Source: an uncultured Chitinophagales bacterium
Lineage (GTDB): Bacteria > Bacteroidota > Ignavibacteria > UBA10030 > UBA6906
DNA length: 63,255 nt
Direction: 5' to 3'
Assembly: GCA_964539775.1 (NCBI GenBank)
Contig: CAZIKE010000005.1
Location: 1 to 63,255, forward strand
Shown: positions 47,619 to 56,959 of the stretch, in pieces
How the letters are laid out: each line of letters opens with the position of its first letter
Position numbering within the stretch: position 1 is the stretch's first letter
Program-made: the position numbers and the translations under genes
The notes under the pieces: model-generated
Seen by the model: only the letters and a program-made list of their open reading frames with translations
Databases searched by the model: none
Told to the model about the DNA's origin: nothing

Positions 47619-47702
47619 TGGGCAGGGATGGATTCGAACCACCGAAGACCGAAGGTCGCCAGATTTACAGTCTGGTGCGATTGACCACTCCGCCACCTGC
47701 CC
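47619..47702 (-). tRNA. tRNA-Tyr(GUA)
   Basis: GGGCAGG/CCTGCCC acceptor; anticodon loop CT-GTA-AA; long variable arm. Confidence 0.97.
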
Positions 47703-47723
47703 GCCTTCACCCGTACGCCCAAG

Positions 47724-47796
47724 AGCTGGCGACCAGACTTGAACTGGTGACCTGCTGATTACAAGTCAGCTGCTCTACCAACTGAGCTACGCCAGC
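47724..47796 (-). tRNA. tRNA-Thr(UGU)
   Basis: GCTGGCG/CGCCAGC acceptor; anticodon loop CT-TGT-AA. Confidence 0.97.
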
Positions 47797-47938
47797 GATC
47801 TCTGCTGGCAGCACGGAGAACGTAGCTCGCCGGGCCTACGCCAGCGTGTTTGGACATAAATATTCCTTCCTTTTCGAATACACCAACGGGACCGAGGAGG
47901 GAATAGTTCACCAAAATGGTATAACGCTTGAGCAAATA

Positions 47939-47966
47939 AATATAAGAATTTTGCCATTAGAGTCAA
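47939..47966 (-). promoter_or_regulatory. Probable sigma70 promoter of the tRNA/secE/nusG operon
   Basis: TTGACT (47966-47961), 16-nt spacer, TATATT (47944-47939) in an AT-rich spacer. Confidence 0.55.
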
Positions 47967-48100
47967 TCCTCCTGGCAGCGCTACATACCCTCTCCGTGCA
48001 TGAAATTTTGTTCATACCCCGAATTAGCTAGCCGCTCTCTCCCTTCAATCTTTCGGAATTATTCCCTATCATTCCTAAAATTTCACAAAGGCTGCCTAAC

Positions 48101-48970
48101 ATGCGATATAACATTCTTCCGATTTCCTTATTCCTTCTCGTCTTCTCATGCTCCAACAACAAGGAGAAACCAATAGACCTGGTGACATTCCCCCTTCGGG
48201 GTGAAGTAGTCGAGATTGACACGTCCCGCAACAGACTTACGGTCGCTCACGAAGAAATCCCCAACTATATGATGGCCATGACCATGCCTTTCAAGGTCAA
48301 GAATAGGGCTTTGCTGTACGACCTTCACGTGGGGGATAGCATTACAGCAACGTTGGCCGTTTCCCGCACGGAGAGCTGGCTGGAGACCATCACCGTCGTG
48401 GGGAAAGGCGAAGCAGACGACCCGCAGCTTGTCGCCGGGGCAATCATGGCCCGCATGCTGAAGGTGGGCGACACCCTCCCCGGCGACCCTTACATTAACC
48501 AGGATGGAAGGCGAGTTCGCCTGAGCGACTTCAAAGGCAAAGCCGTTGCCCTCACGTTTATTTACACCCGATGCCCTCTGCCCGACTATTGTATCCTCAT
48601 GAGCAATAACTTCGCCAAGGTTCAAAACCTTCTGGCGAGCGACCCCTCGCTGAAGAACAAATGGCACCTCATTACGATTAGCTTCGATCCGAAGTTCGAT
48701 TCACCGCGCGTGCTGAAAGCGTACGGCAAGAGCTACGGGGCCGACTTCACTTCCTGGGACTTCGTGACCGACCCCGATACGTCAGGCAAAACCATCATGA
48801 AGCTCGCCGACGGTTTAGGCTTGACGTATGAAAACGACGAGGGCGGACTTATTGCTCACAACCTCCGAACCGTCCTGTTGGACAAGGAAGGGAAAATCCA
48901 CAACGTGATCCAGGGAAACGAGTGGAAGGTACAGGAAGTGGCAGACCAGCTGCGGACGCTGGCCCAGTAG
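48101..48970 (+). CDS. Lipoprotein with CusF-like copper-binding domain fused to a SCO1/SenC domain
   Basis: Lipobox VFS-C. CusF-like VAHEEIPNYMMAMTMPF. SCO motif FIYTRCPLPDYC, ISFDPKFD and distal His (IAHNLRT). Confidence 0.9.
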   Translation: MRYNILPISLFLLVFSCSNNKEKPIDLVTFPLRGEVVEIDTSRNRLTVAHEEIPNYMMAMTMPFKVKNRALLYDLHVGDSITATLAVSRTESWLETITVVGKGEADDPQLVAGAIMARMLKVGDTLPGDPYINQDGRRVRLSDFKGKAVALTFIYTRCPLPDYCILMSNNFAKVQNLLASDPSLKNKWHLITISFDPKFDSPRVLKAYGKSYGADFTSWDFVTDPDTSGKTIMKLADGLGLTYENDEGGLIAHNLRTVLLDKEGKIHNVIQGNEWKVQEVADQLRTLAQ

Positions 48971-48979
48971 CTCCGCGCT

Positions 48980-50815
48980 TCATTTCTCCACAACAAAAAC
49001 CTTGTACGCCCGCGGTTCCATGGCCGCAACGAGCTGTTGCTCGCGTGCGATGCTCAGTTCCACCTGCTGCCCATCGAACACATCGTGTGCAACAATACTC
49101 TTCCGGCCCTCGAAGACTTTCTCGATCGGAACGTTGACCTTCACGAAACGAGCCTCGGAACCAAAGTTCAAGACGACGATCACCGCATCATCTCCAGCAA
49201 CGCGCGCAAAGGCATACACGTCGTTTGCAAATGTGGATTCGAGCCGGATCATCTTTCCACGTGCGAGCGCCTTGTTCTCCCTCCGAAGGATGAAAAGCTT
49301 TTTGAAAACCTCTCCCACTTCACGCGGCCGGGACCAATCGACATCCACCTTGTCGAAGAGGTCGAGCTTCCGATCATTGGCCACCTCCTCGCCGGTGTAC
49401 ATCATCGGTACTCCAGGAAGTGTGTTGATGAGCACTGTAGCGAGCTTCAGCCCTTCCAGACCAAATTTCGTCACAGCCGGTGCATCCCATGCGTTCTTGT
49501 CATGATTGGTGGTGAAGCGCATGCGGAGTGAGCCGGTCGGAAATTGCATGTGTTCTGTTTTGAGAATCTGATCAAGCACCGAAACCGGTCGCTTTCCCTT
49601 CAGCAGCACGTCCAAGACATCGTACACGTTCCAGGAATAGGTGAGATCGAATGCCTGAGCATGATGTTCGGGAATCGAGCCTTCACTCAACATCATCACG
49701 GGCTTGATCGCATCCAGTTCCTTGCGCGCAGCGTTCCAGAACTCGGTCGGCACAAGTTCGGCAACGTCGCACCGGAAGCCGTCGATACCCACGTCCTTCA
49801 CCCACCACTTCATCATATCGATCATGTAACGGCGCAGTGCGGACCTAGAGTAGTCAAGATCGGCAACGTCCGTCCAGTCGGCGTTTGGAGCGATGATATT
49901 TCCGTTCTCATCTTTCGTGAACCACTCGGGATGCTCGGTTATCAGCTTGCTATCCCAGGCAGTATGATTCGCAACGAGATCGATGATGAGCTTCATGCCG
50001 TTCTTATGCACTGTCGCGAGCAGCTTCTTGAAGTCTTTCATCGTCCCAAATTCGGGATTGATGCCATAGTAATCCCTCACTGCGTATGGCGAGCCGAGGC
50101 GGCCTTTCCGATGCTTGACTCCCACAGGATGAATGGGCAGCAACCACACCACGGTCACGCCCATGTCTTTCAGTTCAGGGATCCGCTTCTCGAGTCCGGC
50201 GAAGGTTCCTTCCTTCGAAGCAGAGCGGAGATACACGGAGTACATGCATGCGTCCTTCACCCAGTCGGCACTCGGACGGGCGGGTGTCCCGTAGTAGGGA
50301 CTTTTGAGCAACTCATCGAGGTTCTTTGTCGCAATGAGTGTGATGGGTTTGTAGATGCCTCCTCCTCCCGCGTAGTCCTTCACCAGAATAACGACAAGGT
50401 TTTCGCCCACCTTCAGTGCCTGACTCACGTCCACGGCAAACGGATCGCTATAGCCTGTGTGCGAACCAACCTCAACTCCGTTCACCCACACCATGGCGGC
50501 GTCATCAACGCCGGCGCAGTGCAGGCTCATCGGCTCGTCGATGCGTTCCACATGTACCGTGCGCGCAAACCATCCCCATCCATCATAGTTCGCCAGACCG
50601 GGGTAGCCCTCCCAAAAACGCGGCACCCGAACGCGTTGCCAATCTGCGCGATCGACTGCCGTGTCAAACCAGTGTTGGCTGATGCCTGCTTGCGAGCTGT
50701 CCACCTTAAAGAGCCACTCGCCGTCGAGTGAAATCCTCATATCTGCCTGTTCCGAATGCGAGAAAGAATCTGTGAGAAGAACGACGATGAACGCTATCAA
50801 GAGTCGGGGTCTCAT
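48980..50815 (-). CDS. Exported GH13 alpha-amylase-family glycosidase with an N-terminal GH2-N-like jelly-roll (sugar-binding) domain
   Basis: GH13 regions DLVANH, GFRCDVAE, MLSEG and TTNHD. N-terminal SLDGEWLF..W..VRVP..W..GWFAR..GVDD..VWVNG. Signal peptide from ATG at 50815. Confidence 0.9.
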   Translation of the reverse strand: MRPRLLIAFIVVLLTDSFSHSEQADMRISLDGEWLFKVDSSQAGISQHWFDTAVDRADWQRVRVPRFWEGYPGLANYDGWGWFARTVHVERIDEPMSLHCAGVDDAAMVWVNGVEVGSHTGYSDPFAVDVSQALKVGENLVVILVKDYAGGGGIYKPITLIATKNLDELLKSPYYGTPARPSADWVKDACMYSVYLRSASKEGTFAGLEKRIPELKDMGVTVVWLLPIHPVGVKHRKGRLGSPYAVRDYYGINPEFGTMKDFKKLLATVHKNGMKLIIDLVANHTAWDSKLITEHPEWFTKDENGNIIAPNADWTDVADLDYSRSALRRYMIDMMKWWVKDVGIDGFRCDVAELVPTEFWNAARKELDAIKPVMMLSEGSIPEHHAQAFDLTYSWNVYDVLDVLLKGKRPVSVLDQILKTEHMQFPTGSLRMRFTTNHDKNAWDAPAVTKFGLEGLKLATVLINTLPGVPMMYTGEEVANDRKLDLFDKVDVDWSRPREVGEVFKKLFILRRENKALARGKMIRLESTFANDVYAFARVAGDDAVIVVLNFGSEARFVKVNVPIEKVFEGRKSIVAHDVFDGQQVELSIAREQQLVAAMEPRAYKVFVVEK

Positions 50816-50816
50816 G

Positions 50817-51998
50817 CTATTCTCCGGGACCAAAGAAAAACACAAGCACAAATGTCGCAGCAATCACCCAGTGAAGTGTCTGCTTTACGCGGGGATTCAT
50901 TCTCCGCAGCTTATCCCACACCAACGCGAGCAGGATCATCAGTCCTGTAAGAAGAAGTGTTGCAGCCACAACTTCACCATAATCGAACGTGCGGTTCACC
51001 GTCCTTGCGAAGTTGAATCTACCAAAATTGCCGTAGAGGAGGAAGAGATGCACGGCGTAGATGATCAACGATTCGCGTCCGGCAAGTGTGACCAGCGATC
51101 GTGGCGAGACGGAGAACCGCTTTTCGTACAAGAAGAGCAGTGTGCAAAGAAGAATGACAATCCCCAACCGAAGAAAGAAGAAGCTTGGACTGAATCGCCC
51201 GTAATCGTACACCGGATAGAGACGTGAAGCAGCAGGCTCGATGAGCGCCGAGAAGGTCATCAACCCTAATCCAATCCACATCATCGCAGTGAAGAAATGC
51301 GGTTCAGCACTGCGCTGCCTCGCCTCGATGTAGTGATAGCCCACAACTGCTCCTGCGAAAATAAATGCCGACCACGGAAACAGGGGGAACCCTGGGAAGC
51401 TTGGGAAGTGTATGCCGTTCATGTACCCGGCGAACGGTAGCGGAAGGTACTGCCTCCAATCGATACTCCAGGCGATGGGGGAGAAAAACGCCACAGCAAC
51501 GGCAAGGATGAGCAACGTCGTGTAGAGCCTCCTCTCCGTCCGCAAGAGCAGCAACAATACCTGTATGATCAACAGACTGACGCCGATGCACTGAAGCACA
51601 TCCGCTTGAAAGAACACCTGCCACGACTGTTCCGTCGCTTCATCAAGGAGTTGGTGAAAATTGAATTTGGGGATGTGCAGAAGGTACCCGATCATGATGA
51701 CGAAGAGCAGACGACGCAGGTTCAACAAGAGCGGCATTCCAAATGCAAGGTAGTCGTTCAACTTCCGCCGCGTCGCCACGGCATAGGCGAGGCCCGATGC
51801 AAACGTAAATGACGGAGCCACGAGGCCGTTGATGAACGTTATCCACTCGAAGATCGTCGAGGAACGAAGGGCAGGCTCGAGGGTGGCGTTCATCATGTGG
51901 GTCTCGATCATCACCAACACTGCTCCACCGCGCAGCAAGTCGATGAACTCGATGCGTTTGCCCTTGGGAAGAGGAGCTTCCTGTGTCACTTCCTTCAT
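50817..51998 (-). CDS. DUF1624/HGSNAT-like multi-pass membrane acyltransferase, paralog 2
   Basis: RIEFIDLLRGGAVLVMIETH, APSFTFASG, DVLQCIG and FPLFPW motifs; ~10 TM helices. Confidence 0.8.
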   Translation of the reverse strand: MKEVTQEAPLPKGKRIEFIDLLRGGAVLVMIETHMMNATLEPALRSSTIFEWITFINGLVAPSFTFASGLAYAVATRRKLNDYLAFGMPLLLNLRRLLFVIMIGYLLHIPKFNFHQLLDEATEQSWQVFFQADVLQCIGVSLLIIQVLLLLLRTERRLYTTLLILAVAVAFFSPIAWSIDWRQYLPLPFAGYMNGIHFPSFPGFPLFPWSAFIFAGAVVGYHYIEARQRSAEPHFFTAMMWIGLGLMTFSALIEPAASRLYPVYDYGRFSPSFFFLRLGIVILLCTLLFLYEKRFSVSPRSLVTLAGRESLIIYAVHLFLLYGNFGRFNFARTVNRTFDYGEVVAATLLLTGLMILLALVWDKLRRMNPRVKQTLHWVIAATFVLVFFFGPGE

Positions 51999-52170
51999 GA
52001 CGGTGGTTGGAGAACGTACGCTCACCCGAAGCGATGCCGATGCTCACCCAATATCACGTTTTTTCTCCCCCAAAGCTACGCACAAGAACATTCATGGAGT
52101 TTGGAGTGACCTGCCGCGGTACTGCGCGCACAACTGCAGTTGCCCCGAAAGCGCCCGGCTGGTTGGGTTA

Positions 52171-53310
52171 TCACGCACGCAGGAAGAAGGTATAGAGGAC
52201 CGTGCTGGCAAGGCCCGCTTGAAGAAGACGTGCCGGCACAAAGTGATGCCGTCGGAAGTATTGCCAGGCATACGTGAGCAGGACCATCGCCGCAAGAACG
52301 GCAAGCCCCACACCAACCGCATGATGCCCGGCCAGCGTTTGCCCAACCTTCTGCATCAGCCCGTGGTTCACCGGCGAGCCGTACGCAATCATCAAATGGA
52401 TGGTGTACACCAGCAAGGAAGTCTGGCCAAGCGCAATGAGCACTCTTTCGAGCAGCTCCGGCAACTTGCTCACCGCGTAGAAGGCAAGCGAAACCAATGT
52501 AACAACGCCGAGCCGAATCACAAACCAGTTCGGGCTTGTCTTCCAGAAATCGTGTTCAGGGTACAATTGGATCGGCAGCCAGTCAAACAGCAGTCCCGCG
52601 ACGATAGCCAACGCTGCTGTGACGGCCAGGCGGCCGACAAATGTTTCCTCCCGCTCGGCGCGGCGCGCCTCAAGGAAGAGGAATCCGGCAACAACCCCCG
52701 CAAACAAGAATCCGGCAAACGGAAACAGGGGGAAGAGCGAAATCTGCTTTTGATTCAAGTACGGCGATAGGACGGGAGAGACTACCGGAGCGAAGTCGAT
52801 ACTCCACACGACGGGCGCCGCAAGCACCATTGCACTCGCCAGGCCTGCGAGGGTAAAGGTGAAGGCACGTTGAGACGGGATGAGGAAGATCAGGAGATGG
52901 AGTATCACCAAACTTGCCGCAACACAATGCAGCACGTCTGCCTGAAACATCTGCGCGAGGTGTTCGGGCTGCGCTTCATGGAGAATCTTGTCAAAGGAGA
53001 AGAAGGGGAAATGCAGCGCATAGCCGATCAGGAACAGCAGACCGATTCTCTGCAGCCGTTTCAGCAACGGTGCGCTGAAGGTGCGGAAATCCTGCCAGCG
53101 CTTCTGTGTTGCTGCGGCATAGGCAAATCCCGAGACGAAGAGGAACATCGGCGCGGTAAAGCCGCGGAACGCATCGTAGAGGCGAAACCATTCCGAGGCG
53201 CGCACCTCGCGCGCAAGCACGGCGTCGATGCTGTGTCCCATCACCATCACCACCACGGCGAAGCCGCGCATGATGTCAAGAAAATGAATTCTCTTTAATC
53301 GCATCTCCAT
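52171..53310 (-). CDS. DUF1624/HGSNAT-like multi-pass membrane acyltransferase, paralog 1
   Basis: RIHFLDIMRGFAVVVMVMGH, APMFLFVSG, DVLHCVA and FPLFPF motifs. Start is 53310 or 53304. Confidence 0.8.
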   Translation of the reverse strand: MEMRLKRIHFLDIMRGFAVVVMVMGHSIDAVLAREVRASEWFRLYDAFRGFTAPMFLFVSGFAYAAATQKRWQDFRTFSAPLLKRLQRIGLLFLIGYALHFPFFSFDKILHEAQPEHLAQMFQADVLHCVAASLVILHLLIFLIPSQRAFTFTLAGLASAMVLAAPVVWSIDFAPVVSPVLSPYLNQKQISLFPLFPFAGFLFAGVVAGFLFLEARRAEREETFVGRLAVTAALAIVAGLLFDWLPIQLYPEHDFWKTSPNWFVIRLGVVTLVSLAFYAVSKLPELLERVLIALGQTSLLVYTIHLMIAYGSPVNHGLMQKVGQTLAGHHAVGVGLAVLAAMVLLTYAWQYFRRHHFVPARLLQAGLASTVLYTFFLRA

Positions 53311-53314
53311 AAAC

Positions 53315-53342
53315 AAAAAAATCCCGCCGACCGGCACGGGAT
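53315..53342 (-). terminator. Intrinsic terminator after the receiver gene
   Basis: ATCCCG...CGGGAT stem followed by TTTTTTT on the minus strand. Confidence 0.6.
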
Positions 53343-53372
53343 AGGTGCATGTACCTCATGAATGAAGCACCT

Positions 53373-53750
53373 CTAAGGCTCGCCAATTTTTTCCTTGATG
53401 ATCTGCTCCAGCTCGTCCAGGTCCACCGGCTTGGTGATGTAGGCGGCACCGCCGATGTCTTTGCCGAACTTCTTTGCGTGATAATCATCGACTGCCGTGA
53501 GAAACACGAAGGGAATCGATTTCAGGTCGGCAACTTTTCGCACCTGCTGAAACAACTCGAAGCCGTTCGTTCCAGGCATCACCAGGTCGGACACGACGAT
53601 GCTTGGCTTGAGCGTCTTGATGACCTTGAGCGCGGCATCGGCTCCGTCCGCTGCCTCCACCTGAAAGCCGCGCTGCGTTAAGCCGGCTTTGGTCGCATCC
53701 AGCATGGCCGGCTCGTCATCCACCAGCAGTACGAGTTTGTCTTTGAGCAT
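53373..53750 (-). CDS. Single-domain response regulator (receiver only)
   Basis: Start trimmed to ATG at 53750. LLVDDE, SDLVMP (phospho-Asp), FLTA and ITKP motifs. Confidence 0.93.
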   Translation of the reverse strand: MLKDKLVLLVDDEPAMLDATKAGLTQRGFQVEAADGADAALKVIKTLKPSIVVSDLVMPGTNGFELFQQVRKVADLKSIPFVFLTAVDDYHAKKFGKDIGGAAYITKPVDLDELEQIIKEKIGEP

Positions 53751-53839
53751 CACAGGGAATGGAGTTTCTGACCGGTACCTTCGGCAATAAGGATACCGCA
53801 TTTGCGAACGAAATGCAATGAATAGACAATGAAACTCTT

Positions 53840-55216
53840 TTAACCGACACGTTCTTTCCGCACGCAATCTGCCGCAAGCTGAGCACACCGCTCGCCGCTC
53901 ACGATTGCCCCCTCGATCGTGGCAGGCAAGCCTGTGCCGGTCCAATCGCCGGCAAGAAAGAGATTGGGAAGAGAGGTCTGATGCGAAGGGCGGATGCGTT
54001 CGGCATCGGGCGTGCATGAGAAAGTTGCCCGCTTCTCCCTGATGACCACAGCATGCGTCGGCTCGGAGACACGCCCATGCAACGTGCGAAGGTCTTCCAC
54101 GGCAACACGGATGAGCTGCTCGTTGCTGAGCGTGACAAACCGTTCCGCATCGCTGATGACGCATGAGATGTGCCCCCCCTTCCCTTTTTCCCGCGCAATC
54201 CTCCTCTTATTGAACACCCACTGGACGCGCCGATCAACTAACCCGACGAAGTCGAGCTTCATGAAATCTTCTTCAAACCATAAATGAACCGACACGATCG
54301 GCGTGCTGGGGATGGAACCGATAATGCGCAGCTCATCCTCGGGCAACACTCCACGCACCAACTCGTTCACGGCATAATGCGGAACGGCAAGGATCACGGC
54401 AGCACAGGCAATCTCTCGCCCATCGCGCAGGTGAACAACCTGCAGACGGCTCCCGTCGGCACCTAACGTTGCAACGCCGGAATTGACCTGCACCGCTGCA
54501 CCATGCGAGATCAGGAATCGCATCGCGGCATCAACATACAGATCGCTCAAGCCAACGCGCGGAAGGGCAAGCGCCGCATTCTTCCAGGCCGCGAGAAACG
54601 CGTGCCTTAACGCGTGAACAAACACCTTCGCGGATGCATGCATGAGATGTTCATTCATGACCGAGATAGCAAGCGGCTCCCAGAATGCACGTTTCAGTTC
54701 TTCTGACTGGCCGTGTGCATCGAGCCACTGCTCAATCGTGTCCTCAGGGGAGAGAGACCTTCCTCGCTGCAGTGCCAGTCCCGCGCGCAGCAGGCGCACC
54801 TTGTCCGGAAACGCCAGAAGATTAGTGGAGAGGATACCGGCGATGAGGTGGAACGGAGGAACGAGCGCCGGCAGGCGGAACTCACACAGGCCGCGTGCCG
54901 GATGGTGGAGGTAGAGAATCGGTTGTTCTTGAATGGAAAGCAGATGCCGCGTACCGATCCGCTCAAGAAAGCGCATGGTATGATCGTAGCCGGCAATCAA
55001 CACATGCTGGCCGTTGTCAATCACGTCGCCGGTGGTGTCATCGATAAAGGAGTATGCGCGCCCGCCCAGCCTCGGCTTCTGCTCATACAGGGCGACGGGA
55101 ATGTGTTGCAGGGTGAGTTCCACGGCGGCGGCGAGCCCGCTCAACCCGCCTCCGACCACAACCACGGGCCGATCAGATAAGAGAGAGCGCGTGCTGCGCG
55201 GCGCCGTGTGGTTCAT
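53840..55216 (-). CDS. hpnE: Hydroxysqualene dehydroxylase HpnE (FAD-dependent)
   Basis: GGGLSGLAAA, GGRAYSF, IDNGQH and LAGDWTGTGLPATIEGA motifs; follows hpnC and hpnD. Confidence 0.88.
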   Translation of the reverse strand: MNHTAPRSTRSLLSDRPVVVVGGGLSGLAAAVELTLQHIPVALYEQKPRLGGRAYSFIDDTTGDVIDNGQHVLIAGYDHTMRFLERIGTRHLLSIQEQPILYLHHPARGLCEFRLPALVPPFHLIAGILSTNLLAFPDKVRLLRAGLALQRGRSLSPEDTIEQWLDAHGQSEELKRAFWEPLAISVMNEHLMHASAKVFVHALRHAFLAAWKNAALALPRVGLSDLYVDAAMRFLISHGAAVQVNSGVATLGADGSRLQVVHLRDGREIACAAVILAVPHYAVNELVRGVLPEDELRIIGSIPSTPIVSVHLWFEEDFMKLDFVGLVDRRVQWVFNKRRIAREKGKGGHISCVISDAERFVTLSNEQLIRVAVEDLRTLHGRVSEPTHAVVIREKRATFSCTPDAERIRPSHQTSLPNLFLAGDWTGTGLPATIEGAIVSGERCAQLAADCVRKERVG

Positions 55217-56057
55217 GGGCGTACTTTAGCTGATGGCTGAGCCAGTATCGGAAAGCGATCAGCAGTTTCAAGGGCGTGGGCAGGGAGATGCGTCGCTCGA
55301 AGACGTTGTAGTTGGACCGCTCGATGCGCCGCAAGATATGCGCGTAGATCGACCACATGATACGCGCAGCGAAGAAGTAATGCTTGTCTTCATCTTTCAA
55401 TGCATTGCGCGCCAGATCGAAATAGGCACACGCACGGTTGCACTCAAAGCGCATCAGGTTCACGAAGTTCTGCGTGTAGCGGTTGTTGAGGATGTCCTCC
55501 TCCGTTACGCCGAAGCGCTGCAGGTCTTCCAGCGGTAGGTAGATGCGACCGCGGCGTGCGTCGTCTTTCACGTCCCGTAAGATGTTCGTCAACTGCAGCG
55601 CTATGCCGAGATGGATTGCATAGTCCCGCGTCGATTCGTTCTTGTAGCCGAAGATCTGTCTGCACATCAGGCCGACGGACGAGGCGACGAGGAAGCAATA
55701 CTCCTTCAGCTCATCGAACGTCGCATATCTCTTCTTCGACAAATCCATCTCAACGCCGCGAATGAGATCGTAGAAATGGTCCACGGGGATGTTAAAGCGT
55801 CGTGCCGTGATCGCAAGCTGGTTGAGCAACGGGCTGGTCGATTCGCCTCGCAGGGTACGACCCAACTCCATCCGCCACCGCCGAAGCAAGACTACCTTCT
55901 TCGGCTCATCCGGTCCCTCATCCACAAGGTCATCGGTGTAGCGGCAGAAGGCATACACCGTGTGAATAGCTTCGCGCTTGTGTTTCGGCAGGAGCGAGAA
56001 CGAGTAATAGAAACTCGTGTTGCTTTGTCTGGTTATGTCTTCCGCAAGGACACTCAC
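55173..56057 (-). CDS. hpnD: Presqualene diphosphate synthase HpnD
   Basis: SNTSFYYSF.LLP, YAFCRYTDDLVD, VASSVGLM and LQLTNILRDVKDD motifs. Confidence 0.85.
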   Translation of the reverse strand: MSVLAEDITRQSNTSFYYSFSLLPKHKREAIHTVYAFCRYTDDLVDEGPDEPKKVVLLRRWRMELGRTLRGESTSPLLNQLAITARRFNIPVDHFYDLIRGVEMDLSKKRYATFDELKEYCFLVASSVGLMCRQIFGYKNESTRDYAIHLGIALQLTNILRDVKDDARRGRIYLPLEDLQRFGVTEEDILNNRYTQNFVNLMRFECNRACAYFDLARNALKDEDKHYFFAARIMWSIYAHILRRIERSNYNVFERRISLPTPLKLLIAFRYWLSHQLKYAHEPHGAAQHALSLI

Positions 56058-56959
56058 CGCCCGCGTTCAGTTGTTGGTGGTAGCATTGCCTTCAACAGCA
56101 TGAAGGTTTTCTCCGACGCTCGCAGCACCGGCCTGCGTTCAAACACATCGAAGCCGGCGCGTTCGATCTTCTCCAGAATCCTCATCCCGCCCTGCCAGGT
56201 CAGCCGCAGTTCAAAGCGCAGTTGCGGCACTGTTGTGCTCAGCAGCGCTTCGCCGGCAGTGAACAGCTCTCTCGTGCGGCTTACCTCGAACCGGAGAAGT
56301 TCACGAAACCGTTCGTTCATCACCCCGGCAAACAGCTCGCGTTCAGTATAGCCAAAACGACTCATATCTTCAAGCGGAACGTAGATACGTCCTTTCCCTG
56401 CATCGAGTCGAACATCCTGCCAGAAGTTCGTGAGCTGCAATGCAGTGCAGATGTTATCGGAAAGTTCCATTGCCCGGTCGCTTCTCTCACCAAACAGATG
56501 CAGCACCATCCGACCGATAGGATTGGCGGAGTGCCGGCAGTAGTGAAGGAGATCGCTGAAGGATGCGTAACGCTGCGTGGTCACATCCATTCTGAAGGCA
56601 GTGAGCACGTCGGCGAGGAGCTGGCGGGGAATAGTGTGTTTTGCGAGAACATCGGCAAGGGCAATGAAGATCGGATGGTCTGTCTCGCCCTCGCTGCATC
56701 GCTCGAGCTTGCGTTGCCAGTCCTCCAGTGCGTCGAGACGTTCGGTCGGGGAAAGCGTTCCCTCATCAGCGAGGTCGTCGGCCACGCGCACAAAGGCATA
56801 GATGGCGGCAACGGCAGGACGGATGGATTTGGGAAGAAAGAACGAAGCGACCGGGAAATTCTCATAGTGCCTGCGGGCAAGCTCCTGGCAGTAGCGAAAC
56901 GCTTCCTTGACCGAGAATGCGCGGCGCGGCGCTCCCTCAATTATATCGGTACTTCTCAT
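56054..56959 (-). CDS. hpnC: Hydroxysqualene synthase HpnC
   Basis: HYENFPVAS, YAFVRVADDLADEG, YCRHSANPIGR and LQLTNFWQDV motifs. Confidence 0.9.
   Translation of the reverse strand: MRSTDIIEGAPRRAFSVKEAFRYCQELARRHYENFPVASFFLPKSIRPAVAAIYAFVRVADDLADEGTLSPTERLDALEDWQRKLERCSEGETDHPIFIALADVLAKHTIPRQLLADVLTAFRMDVTTQRYASFSDLLHYCRHSANPIGRMVLHLFGERSDRAMELSDNICTALQLTNFWQDVRLDAGKGRIYVPLEDMSRFGYTERELFAGVMNERFRELLRFEVSRTRELFTAGEALLSTTVPQLRFELRLTWQGGMRILEKIERAGFDVFERRPVLRASEKTFMLLKAMLPPTTERGR

Noticed and set aside
55173-56959. Two phytoene/squalene-synthase paralogs considered as crtB or crtM carotenoid genes
   Set aside because: The HYENFPVAS (HpnC) and SFYYSF (HpnD) signatures plus the adjacent HpnE-type oxidoreductase fit hpnCDE better.
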